A stretch of 64,000 bases of DNA from Somniosus microcephalus. Its lineage: Eukaryota. The translations under genes and the position numbers were made by a program. Positions 51,151 to 62,644 of the stretch are shown piece by piece (the stretch's first letter is position 1; each line of letters starts with the position of its first letter). The stretch lies in contig CM126223.1 of assembly GCA_052327205.1 (NCBI GenBank), positions 68,138,001-68,202,000 on the forward strand, in the 5' to 3' direction. Below the pieces are notes generated by a model. That model saw only the letters and a list, made by a program, of their open reading frames with translations, did not search any database and had not been told where the DNA came from.

Positions 51151-52102
51151 TTAGTTTATACCCTCCGCAACAGCACTAGCAAACACTCCCCCTAGGACAT
51201 CAGTCCCGGTCCTGCCCAGGTGCAAACTCTCCAGTTTGTACTGGTCCCACCTCCCCGAGAACTGGTTCCAATGTCCCAGGAATTTGAATCCCTCCCCCTT
51301 GCACCATTCCTCTAGCCATGTATTCATCTGAAATATCCTTCTATTTCTACTCTGACTAACATGTGGCACTGGTAGCAATCCTGAGATTACTACCTTTGAG
51401 GTCCTATTTTTTAATTTACCTCTTAACTCCCTATATTCAGCTTTTAGGACCTCATCCCGGTTTTTACCTATATCGTTGGTGCCTATATGCACCACGATAA
51501 CTGGCTGTTCACCCTCCACCTCCAAAATGCTCTGCAGCCGCTCCAAGACATCCTTGACCCTTGCACCAGGGAGGCAACATACCATCCTGGAGTCTCGTTT
51601 GCGGCCGCAGAAACGTCTATCTATTCCCCTTACAATAGAATCCCCTATTACTATAGCTCTCCCACTCTTTTTCCTCCTGTCCTGTGCAGTAGAACCACCC
51701 ACGGTGTCAGGAAGTTGGCTGCTGCTGTCTTCCCCCGATAAGCCATCTCCCTCAACAATATCCAAAGTGGTATATCTATTTGAGAGGGGGATGGCCACAG
51801 TGGACCCTTGCACTACCTGCCTGCGCCTACTACTCTGCCTGTCGGTCACCCATTCCCTTCCTGCCTGTGCAGCCTTTACCTGCGGTGTGTCCAACTCATT
51901 AAACGTGATATCCACAACGTCCTTAGCATCGCGAATGCTCCAGTATGTATCCATTCACAGCTCCAGCGCCGCAATGCGGTCTGCCAGTAGCTGCAGCTGG
52001 ATACACTTTCCCGCACACATGGTCATCAGGGACACAGGAAGTGTCCCTGATTTCCCACATAGTGCAGAAAGAGCATGCCACGGGGCCGAGCTGTGCTGCC
52101 AT
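51151..52102 (-). pseudogene. CR1 ORF1 (Cys-rich N-terminus and SGNH esterase domain)
   Basis: MAAQLGPVACSFCTMW..., IVIGDSIVR, CLPGARV and VHIGTND, with one frameshift near 52000. Confidence 0.9.
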
Positions 52103-54464
52103 GACTTACCCTTTAATTAATTCAAATTAAATTAGTAAATTAGTAAATTCTTTTCCTCCCATTTATGCTTTTTATCTTCCTTCCTTTTCAGGTCTTTCCC
52201 TATCACATCCCAGTCCCCGTCTGAAAGGATGGGCACAAGACTTGCTCCCAGGTCTGTGTTTCTATTGCTCTTCGGATGGATGTTTGGTGATGTATTAGAG
52301 TGGCTCATGGGGGGAAGGCAGCTTTACCCAGCAGTTTTCCTTCTTTCTTGAGGTAAATCTTCTCACCTCCACTCGTGACTTTTCCTGGTTGAGGGCAAGG
52401 AATCACAAGCCAGCATGCTCTCAAAACAGTAGAAAGCACTTTTTTTTTTAAATGGCCAAATCAAACCTAAGACAAACTTGAGCAAGTCTTGTTGACTTAC
52501 ACCAATTTCAAAAACACATACCAGCGAAAAGAAAAACACTTTAGCCTTTGAAGAAGAACCCTCTGGTTTTGAATGCTTGTCTGTACGATAGATATGTTAG
52601 TCTAACAAAAGCTGGCATTAACATATGCTATGAGGGGTTTAAAGAAAGGTAGTAAAATAACTTATAAGGTGAAAATAATATACTATATCTGTGGGCAAGA
52701 AAAATCATTGTAGCATTTGGAATTGTCAATTGTAGTTTTTTTATTTTGCCAATTCAAACTGATGTGATTCAGGTTATCACTTATTATACCGATTAAAGGA
52801 ACTTATACTTATAAAAATGTATCCTAAGAACAATAAACCGTATATATATATAAAAAATCAACTTAAAAATATATTGACACAATATCACTCCTCTCCAATC
52901 TCTACAAGTTATGTTGTGAAGTTACCAAGGGCTGCACCTCACAGAAAAATGCATGCTCCTGTAAAAGATTCACAGATTACAGGATCTGAATTCATAACAG
53001 GATTTAAAACAAAGGCTTATGTATTTAAAACAGATGATAAGAAGAGCTATGGTGCTGAATGTCTGGTTGCTGTTGTTCAGCGCTATCAAATGAGAAGACA
53101 CACGTTCAGTCTCCTGCCGCGCTCAATTCTTCATGTCAGCCACGCTGAGCAAAGGGAGTGAAAATTGTGTGGGTACTTTTTGCCTCCTTGTGGCAGGCTA
53201 AAGGGGGTATAGTTAAAAGTCTGGGAGTGGACTACCCATCTGCCTTCACAGCAACAGAGGCATGGGGCGAAGTGGGCAATTTGCTGAAGTGAAAAAAATT
53301 ACAGGAAAAAGCAGATAGTAGATACAACATAGCTATGGTTGTGGAATGATGAATGATCTGTTATCTGGACTACATTTTCCAAAACACTTGATAGAGGACT
53401 GTGGGGTTGAGGGGGGGGGGAATCAATGCAATCTCAAGCTTCTTAAAAAGATTAAGCACTGTGATTTAAAGTGTTTTTAATACACCCTGTTTAATGATAG
53501 AAAATGCTAAAGAATTTTTGAGTAATTTCACCTTGTTGAACTATTGTGCTTCATGCATGGGTAAAATGCTTATTCTCATTTTCTTTGACAGTGTCATCTT
53601 CTAGTCTGTACGTAATTGTACTGTGGGTGTTTATAGTTGATCTCCCCGGAAGGCTGACAAATCTTGTAATCATGTTGTAATGCTAATGTTCTTCATATCA
53701 GCTCTTCTACAGAATTAGTATTCTTTTGCTAAAGATTATTTTTAATCACTACAACCTGACCCATTGTGAGAGTGTGTCATTGATTTAATACAAAATTGGT
53801 TTCCTGGCAGATTTGCAATGAACTTAACTATACTGTCAGTAAATCAGGGCAAGGAATTCTCTGACTAATCATTAGAAGAAGTTCATTTTTAATCTCGCAT
53901 CTCTACTTCTGTGCTTTAAGTTTAATAGGTGCCATCCAGTATGAAAATGTATGGATTTGTTTTCAAATTAATTTATACTTTGTATGCTCCCTGCTACAAT
54001 TTATTACAGGGCCATTAAGTTCGCTCCAAATCCTTCAGAAATCCAACAAAATTGATTGATATTATATTGCACCTAAATGGTACTTAACAGCAACGACAGT
54101 CTACTACCATTATATAACACAGTCCTTAGGAGACATGCAATCTGTGCGTTATAATGTGGTGAGTGAATGTCCTCAAACATGGCATGAAATTTAAATGAAG
54201 ATACCTGAGACCCAAGTCCATTAGTTATAACCGAGATAGGCTTGTATTGGAGAGCCTTATAATGAGGATGTATTTTCAAAAGCTACACACCATTATAAAC
54301 CCTGTATATTATGCTTGAAATATCCTATCATTAGACAATGTCCTTTTCTGGTCCAACTTAGGTCATTTTTTTGTTGGAACGTTAAGAAGCCATTGGATCT
54401 TTACCATCATTCATCGTCTTGACCACGTTTACTAGCACCACTTAAAGTTCTACAGTTTTTTAAA

Positions 54465-54870
54465 TTAATTCATGGGATGTGGGCGTCTCTGGCAAGGCCA
54501 GTATTTATTGCCCATCCCTAGTTGCCCTTGAGAAGGTGGTGGTGAGCCGCTGCCTTGAACCGCTGCAGTCCCTGTGGTGAAGGTACTCCCACAGTGCTGT
54601 TAGCGAGGGAGTTCCAGGATTTTGACCCAGCGACGATGAAGGATGAAGGCAATATATTTCCAAGTCAGGATGGTGTGTGACTTGGAGGGGAACTTGGAGG
54701 TGGTGGTGTTCCCATGCACCTGCTGCCCTTGTCCTTCTAGGTGGAAGAGGTCGCAGGTTTGGGAGGTGCTGCCGAAGAAGCCTTGGCGAGTAGCTGCAGT
54801 GCATCTTGTAGATGGTATACACTGCAGCCACGGTATGCTGGTGGTGGAGGGAGTGAATGTTTAAGGTGGC
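54465..54870 (-). mobile_element. Crack/Daphne-like LINE 3' fragment
   Basis: Reverse complement of ~2610-3005; 5'-truncated at ttaaggtgg. Confidence 0.88.
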
Positions 54871-55825
54871 CCTATGAGAGTATATAGAACTGTAAAATAT
54901 TTTTTTACTGTATTCATTTAGAAGAAAAGGGTCGTTGTTAATCTATATTGATGACTCTGAAGTATCATTTCTTGAAATATGTCTCCATTTTATCTGAATA
55001 TAATTGTGAACATTATTATTCTACAGGATAATTTCTCACCCATCAATAGTAAGAATTATATATATATATATATATTCATTTTCTAATTTGTGGCCTTGTG
55101 CATTAATTTACAAAATTCTATGATACATGTGTTATAAGTTCTGTATTAAGTCTGATACTGTATCTAGTATTTTTCATTTAAGTACTTTGGTTAAATGATA
55201 TAGGGAGCAATTTATTTCATTAATATAAAAGTTACATTACAACAGTGACTACACTCCAAAAGTACTTCATTGGCTGTAAAGCGCGTTGAGACGTCCGGTG
55301 GTCGTGAAAGGCGCTATAAAAATGCAAGTCTTTCTTTTTTCTTTGTACAATTTGGGTTTTAAGTTATCTTCTGTATATTCACAAAGCTTTGATTTTGGAA
55401 AGTTGCATTTAATTAGACTAAGGTACATCACTTGTTGCTGGTTGGCCAGAAAAGATTGACCATGAGGTGCACATATAATTATGTTAATTCAAACTAATTT
55501 GTTATAAACTTTAAGATGTAGTTATTAAATTTTATTTTAAATATTAACATCTGCCTTGTCCCTAGGCCTTGTTTGTGTTTTTATTAATATTGCATTAAGT
55601 TATTTTATACATGAGACATCTTGCTAATTCCAATTAGATAAAAATAAATGACCACAATCTAGTGGGATTTGTAGATTATTCTGTGGTGTGATAATATTGA
55701 AATTGGAACCACCTTTCCAACTAACGTATTCGGGCACTTTTTTGTTTGCAGAGCTAACTCAAGGCTTGTAGAGGAATTGAAGAGAAAGTGCCTTTTTCTC
55801 TTCTGTAAAACGTTTGATTGTTAAT
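54757..55825 (+). repeat. Left arm (probable donor) of a ~1 kb inverted duplication
   Basis: Reverse complement matches 57570-57869 plus 62650-63412, including the LINE/unique junction ttaaggtggccctatgagag. Confidence 0.92.
55231..55343 (+). mobile_element. SacSINE1-like 3' tail, present only in the left arm
   Basis: tacattacaacagtgactacact...aatgcaagtctttc. The right arm reads straight through at ~62820. Confidence 0.85.
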
Positions 55826-56334
55826 TTGTCCATACATTCTGTATGTGTTCACGAAGCAAAATAGTAATGTACTCTTCACGGCTCATGCAGTGGTAGAATA
55901 TTGGAGAACCAATGTACTAGGCCAGAGGATGCTGTGCTGTGACTTCATGCCTTTGAGCAGCTGAACTCCTAGCCTCAGCCAGGCAGCTATGGGAGATAGC
56001 AAGCAGAGACCAGAGCCACCAGACAAATCTCCAAAGGAACAGGGCATGGGCATAGGGACAACCAGCAGCAGATTCATCACTTGGTCACCATTGCATCTTT
56101 CCTACCTGTCAGTTCAAAATGACATTGGATGAAACCTGGGAGTAGACTACCTGCTTAGGTCACAAATACAATTGATTTAATTTGTGTTTCTTTGTCACAG
56201 TTTCCATTATACTTTTTAATCTTGGCCCCAATTCCAGAGGAAAATAAAACATTTTGAAAGAGATGTAAAACGTTCTGTCATTGCTTACACTTAAAATCAC
56301 ACAGAGAATTGTTAGCTAATTCGAGCTTCAATGT

Positions 56335-56730
56335 TCCCATGATGGCTCAGTGAGTTTACAAACCAGCATGGGCCTGGTTTTGATCTTTGGTCTATGCCGC
56401 AGTTAGCTAACCTAACCCAGGGGTGCTAAGGTAAACTGTTTCCTCCCTTCTACTGCCCCAAACAGGTGAATGATTAACCAGTTCTCATTAATGGAGTTTG
56501 TAAATTTTATCTGCCAAGGGTCCAGCTCCTGATCGCCATCCACGGACTGTTTTCAGACATGCACGTGTGTAGACATTGGATGAGGACACCATTGAGCTCA
56601 GCTGTAATTCCCAATAGCCTGCTGACACTTGCTGTCAAGGCTCACATATGACGATTGGGTGAGGTACCCAATGGTGACTGGTGAAACGATACTTCAGCGA
56701 GGAGTCAACACCTTCAGGATAGATGAGGAA
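56335..56730 (+). mobile_element. Old SINE-like repeat (second family)
   Basis: gatggctcagtgagt head; aatagcctgctgacact...ggagtcaacaccttcagga is the reverse complement of motifs at 3.96-4.08 kb and 46.96-47.05 kb. Confidence 0.55.
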
Positions 56731-57475
56731 AAAAATTGATGAGGAAAAAGATTATGGTTGTAAAAAGCTGGTGGAAAGTAGATTCATTTCAGAAATGGGT
56801 ACCAAAGGTTTGAGATGGATTTGCAGTACAAAGCAACACAGCCCAGAGTCTAGAACGACTATAATGCTGAATCTTAAGTGTGTATTAATGAAGCATGACA
56901 TAAGTTTCTGATCTTTGTAATAAGTACATGTTATACTTCATCAGCTGTTCTTTTCTGACAGCTCGTAATGACCCAGGCATATCATTTCTAATGGTGCTTG
57001 GGAGACCCTGACACTTTTCATGCTCAAAATCTTTATGATTATGTAATAAACATTTTACATCTTTAATGGTCTCCCCATTTACTGTGCAATTTGTTCCTAG
57101 ATAAATGAATAAAGTAATTTGCTCCACCATATTGCTGTCAATTTTAATGTTAAATGGATTCTGTTATGTTGCTTCCACCATGATTTAAATACAGAATACA
57201 TTTACTAGTTTCTATTCAGAAGTCATCAGTATTACCATTGAGTAACACTGTCCATGGTCTGAGATTATTAACCAATCAATCATGAATTTTGTGTTATATG
57301 GTGATTCTCTTGTTATGTGCTGGTACTTATGAACATTAGGCACTAATCTCAGATAGATTAGTGCTGGAAAACATTGGATAAATACTCCAAGAGATAATCT
57401 GTTATGGGGTGCCAGGTCGATTGTGTTACAGTTGACATCTTGACTCAGTGGTAGCACCCTTGCTTCAGAATCAGA

Positions 57476-57569
57476 GGCCGCGATTTCCCCTACCTCGATG
57501 GGTCCGTGGTGGGCGACGTTGGTGGCGTGTCCCAGCCTCGCTGCTGTCTCCAGCCCGCTGTCCAAAATG
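57476..57569 (+). mobile_element. Putative 5' terminus of a Harbinger element, following a SINE head fragment (57435-57475)
   Basis: Starts GGCCGCGATTTCCCC, fitting the GGSNNNRAWWTT terminal pattern of the MITEs here. Abruptly CpG-rich in AT-rich surroundings. Confidence 0.5.
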
Positions 57570-57869
57570 ATTAACAATCAAACGTTTTACAGAAGAGAAA
57601 AAGGCACTTTCTTATCAATTCTTCTACAAGTCTTGAGTTAGCACTGCCAACAAAAAAGTGGCCAAATACATTAGTTGGAAAGGTGGTTCCAATTTCAATA
57701 TTTTCACACCACAGAATAATTTACAAATCCCACTAGATTGTTTTTAACTAATTGGAATTAGCAAGATATCTCGTGTATAAAATAACTTCATGCAATATTA
57801 ATAAAAACACAAACAAGGCCTAGGGACAAGGCAGATGTTAATATTTAAAATAAAATTTAATAACTGCAC

Positions 57870-60800
57870 TGTGATAAATCCATGTAGTGAGACAAGGAAC
57901 TCAAAGAGGCGAGGTATTAGGATTAATACGAGTACTTTATTAAACGACTGCGAAACAACCAGGCAGGCCTGCATCCAGGCATTGCACCTTTGCTGACCTT
58001 GGCAGGAAGCCACCCCTGACCTTAACAGGAAACAAACCCGTTGACCTTAACAGGAAGCAAACCCCTGACTTTAGCAGCAGCATTGGCTACAGCACCACCT
58101 GGTGGATAACCTTAATCATAACATCCCAGATTACTATATCCCTCCCCCCTTAAGATTTCAGTATGAATTTCTTAACAAACAACTATTCCTAAGGGTCACA
58201 TAAGAAGTCTCCATTCACCATGTTTAAAACTTGACGAATCTAACAGGTCAGTATCAATCTCTCTGGTGGCTTGCCAGCCCTTTGTGAATGTCTGACAGTA
58301 AAGTCCCTGCTTGTTTGTGGTGAAACCACCAGCTGCTCCTGAGCAGTGCTCGGAGTATCTGACTCTGCAACGATGGTTTCCTCTTGACGAATGGGTTCCT
58401 GTGGAATTGTCTCCGTCCCTGGTGGTGGCACCACAGATGCACTTGGATAACTGGGGGCAAACCTGTCCTCAGCCATTGCATCTGGAACCTTCATTTCAAT
58501 TTCCCCTTGTCTGGTAAGTATCTGATCTACATGCCTGCGTACTACCCTACCATCACCCAACATGACCTTGTATGATACGGGACCGGTCATTGAGTCTATG
58601 AAGCCAGGAATTCACTTGGGTCCATAACTGAAATTCCTGGTAAGGACCGCATCTCCTTCTCCAAAACTTCGGCTCTTTGTTCTTTAGTCATGGTTCTCTT
58701 TTTGATTGTTTTGTCTGTTTTCCATTTTCCTTTTTAGGTCTGGGTGGACAAGGTCAAGAGTGGAGCGTAGTCTACGCCCTAATAACATCTCAGCAGGAGA
58801 GAGTCCTGTGGTGGATTGAGGTGTTATTCTGTAGCTGAACAGAACCCGTGACACTTTGGCTGCTAAACTCCCTTCTGCACTTTTTTTCATCATCTCTTTA
58901 AATGTTTGTACAGCTCTCTCCGCAAGTCCATTTGAGGACGGATGATATGGAGCCGAGGTCACCTGCACTATGCCATTTTTTCTCAAGAACTCTTTTGTCT
59001 CTGTACTCACAAAACAAGTGGCATTATCACTTACCACGATCTCCAGTAGCCCTTGATTACTGAAGCTCTGACGCAGGCAGTCTATAGTAGTAGTGGCGGA
59101 AGCAGAATTTACAGGATAAACATCCATCCATTTGGAATGTGCATCAATGATTATGAGGAACATCTTCCCCATGAATGGACCCACATAATCTAAGTGCAAT
59201 CTTCTCCATGGTTTATCCGGCCACTCCCAGGGGTGGAGAGGAGCCGCTGCTGGTGCCTTCCGGTGTTCCTGACAAGTGCTGCATGTCTTGACTAGATTTT
59301 CTATCTCCTCATCTAGCTTTGGCCACCACAAGTAACTCCTAGCCAAGGCTTTCATACACGAGACCCCAGGATGACACTGATGTAGTTGCTCTAGGATAGA
59401 TTGTCGTGCTGGCTGTGGAATAATCACTCGTGCTCCCCACAACACGCAACCATCCTGCACACTCAGCTCTGTTTTCCTGACACTGTAGGGTGTGAAGTCA
59501 GCCCCTTCCGGATGCTGTGGCCATCCCCTCACCACATATTCTCGAACTCTAGACAGTACTGGATCTTTACCTGTCCATGTTCTTACTTGCTCTGCAGTCA
59601 CAAGTTCCGTGTCAGTGTCCTCTAACATCAACACTCTGTCCTCTGGAGCTGCACGGATAGGTGTGCCTGGCAGTGGAAGACGGCTCAAGGCATCTGCGTT
59701 CCCATGGTACTTGCCCGCCTTGTAGACGATGACATACTCATATGCCCTCAACGTCACAGCCCACCTCTGGATCCGGGGTGACACCATCTGTGGAACTGCT
59801 TTCATTTTGTTGAAAAGAGAGAGAAGAGGTTTATGATCAGTGCATATGGTGAACTTCCTGCCATATATGTACTTGTGGAACGTCTGTAACCCAAACATTA
59901 CTGCTAACCCCTCTTTGTCTAACTGGGAATAGTTTTTTCCGCTGGTGTTGGAGTTCAGGACATAAACCCTATTGGCCTTTCAGTTCCATCTTCCATGCAG
60001 CGTGAAAGAACTGCCCCCACCCCATAAGGTGAAGCGTCACAAGAGAGAATGATGTCTTTCTCTGCATTGTAGTGAACCAGCACATCCGACGACAGCATCA
60101 GTTTCTTGGACTGTTCAAATGAAACCCCCTGCTCCTCTCCCCACTGCCACTGTATCTCCTTGCGCAGTAGTTTGTGAAGAGGTGCTAACACAGTTGACAA
60201 GTTTGGTAAAAACCTGTTATAATAGTTCAGCAGTCCCAGGTAAGCTTTTAACTCAGCCACATTTGTAGGAGCAGGGGCATCCTGCAGTGCTTGTACCTTC
60301 TCCTTGAGTGGATGGAGCCCGGTGGCATCCACTCTGTGTCCCAGGAACACTGCCTCATTCCCCAGGAAAGTGCACTTACTCCTCTTGAGCCGGAACCCTG
60401 CCCTCTCCAATCTCTGTAGTACCTCGCTCAGAGTGCTCAGATGCTCCTGGTCGGTTCTTCCCGTCACCAGAATGTCATCCAGATAGATGGAAACATGTGG
60501 AATCCCTTGCAGTACGCCTTTGATTGTCCTCTGGAAGATAGCTGGACTAGATGAGACACCAAACGGTAAGCGGTTATATGTAAACAAGCCCTTGTGTGTA
60601 TTTATGGTGACATACTTCTTTGATTCGTCATCCAGTGTAATCTGCAAGTAGGCATGACTCATATCCAACTTTGTGAATTTCTTTCCTCCAGCCAGGTTTG
60701 CAAAGAGATCCTCTGTTTTGGGAATAGGATACTGCTCTAGTTTGGACACCCGATTGACTGTCAATTTATAGTCTCCACAGAGTCTTACCGAATTGTCCGG

Positions 60801-62644
60801 TTTTAAAACAGGTACTATGGGAGCTGTCCATTCCGAACATTTCACTGGCTCCAGTATGTTCTCTCTCAATAGACGGTCAAGCTCAGCCTCTACCTTTGGC
60901 TTCATGACATAAGGCACAGGTCGTTGTTTAAAAAACCTTGGCGGTGCCTCCTTTTCTACATAAATCTTAGCTGGGGGGCCATTAAATGTGCCAAGTTCCT
61001 CCTTGAACACATTCTCATGTTCACGCAACACTTCTTGCAAAGTCAACTGTTTGCCCGCATCTATTTGATGTACTGCTCCCCAGTCTAATTTAAGTTCTTT
61101 TATCCAGCCCCGACCTAACAGGTTTGGTCCGGTATCCGATACTATAACTACAGGTAGCTGTTCCACTGTGTCCCTGTGTTGCACAGTTACCTTAGCTGTA
61201 CCTAATGTCGCTACTCGTTCACCTGTATATGTTTTAAGATGCAGGGAGCAAGGCTTTAACTCTGGAACTTTTGCACGGTTCCACAATTTTGAGTACTCTG
61301 CCTTGTTCATTATGGTCACGCCACACCCTGTATCCACTTCAAAGTTCACCTTAGAGTCATTTACTGTCAGTTGCAATGTGATAGGAGCCACTTTTGGAAT
61401 GTTCTCTAACATGCTATACATTATGAACATGTCCTCTTCTTCCTCAGCTTCCCCGCTGATGTAGTGTGCTCCATGTTTTTTCACTTCTCTTCCTTGGTTT
61501 TGCTTTCCTCCCCCTTTTGGTTTGGATTCCTCCACAGGTGATTTTGTCCTGCATGCTCATTTTATGTGTCCTTGTTTCCCACACTTGTGGTACTTTTCCT
61601 CCAGAAACCGGCATTCACTCACCAGGTGATCGCCCTTGCATCTATAACATGCCTTCACATGCTCACGTTGTGGTTTCTGATGCATGTTTAACTTGTGCAC
61701 AACAACCTGACCTGCAACTTGCTTAGCATTAGCCCTGTCTGAACCCTGTATTTCTTTTACATCTCGGTTCGCTGTCTCTATGGCTTGAGCAAGTTCCAAT
61801 GCTTTTTCATAAGTAAGCCCAGTCTCGGATAATAATCTACGCTGCATTCAGTCATCCATTATTCTGCAAACTAGCCTATCTCGCAGCATTTCCTTCAGGT
61901 TGTTCCCATAATTGCAATCTTGTGCTAATTTACGCAACACCGCTACATAGTCCATTACGCTCTCTTCCTCTTTTCTGTTCCTTGAATTAAACTTGAACCG
62001 CTGTACAATCTCACTAGGCTTAGGGTTGAAATGTTCTTTTAGCAAGGCCACTAATTCAACAAATGATTTGTCTCCAGGCTTTTCAGGGCTGAGCAGATTC
62101 CTCATCAAACTGTAGGTCTGGCTTCCCACTGAACTAAGCAGAATGGCTTTCCTTTTTCCGGCATCATTTATTTAATTTGCTTCGAAGAAATAACCCAACA
62201 CCTCACAGTATTCCTCCCAGGTTTGTGCTTGAATATCAAAAGCGGAGACCGTTCCTACCGTGGCAGCCATGCTCTCTTCCAACTGGTAGCTAACTTTAGC
62301 TTGTGATTTTGTTGTTTAAGCATCCTGGCAGACTTCTCTTCTTTATTCAGGGTCCTGTTTTACCTCGTCGCCAAGTGTGATAAATCCATGTAGTGAGACA
62401 AGGAACTCGAAGAGGCGAGGTATTAGGATTAATACAAGTACTTTATTAAATGACTGCGAAACAACCAGGCAGGCCTGCATCCAGGCATTGCACCTTTGCT
62501 GACCTTGGCAGGAAGCCACCCCTGACCTTAACAGGAAGCAAACCCGCTGACCTTAACAGGAAGCAAACCCCTGACCTTAGCAGCAGCATTGGCTACAGCA
62601 CCACCTGGTGGATAACCTTAATCATAACATCCCAGATTACCATA
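57870..62644 (-). mobile_element. Full-length Gypsy (Mag-like) LTR retrotransposon
   Basis: 269-bp LTRs at 57870-58138 and 62376-62644 with 7 transitions by manual count, TSD TGCAC. PBS TGGCGACGAGG (tRNA-Ser(GCU)) and PPT AAGGGGGGAGGGA. Confidence 0.96.
58240..62270 (-). pseudogene. Disrupted gag-pol (Gag, PR, RT, RNase H, integrase)
   Basis: MAATVGTVSAFD..TWEEY, CYRCKGDH, FEVDTGCG, YLDDILVTG, CDASPYGVGAVL, H..HPG..CSTC, LHLDY, SDNATCF and NGLAERAV, with several stops and frameshifts. Confidence 0.95.

Larger units (their letters stand above)
48148..52140 (-). mobile_element. Near full-length CR1 (HER1-type) LINE
   Basis: ORF1, ORF2 (APE and RT), 3' UTR and (TAGAAACA)n tail. Confidence 0.95.

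Noticed and set aside
50520-52120. Long plus-strand ORFs (175 and 214 aa)
   Set aside because: Antisense shadows of CR1 ORF1 and ORF2.
52817-53161. 114-aa ORF (and similarly 47794..48150)
   Set aside because: AT-rich chance ORFs with no motif or exon structure.
58240-58590. env-like third ORF
   Set aside because: It is the post-integrase C-terminal tail (GPVSYKV...RRHVDQI...P.RL) separated by stops, with no signal peptide or transmembrane segment.
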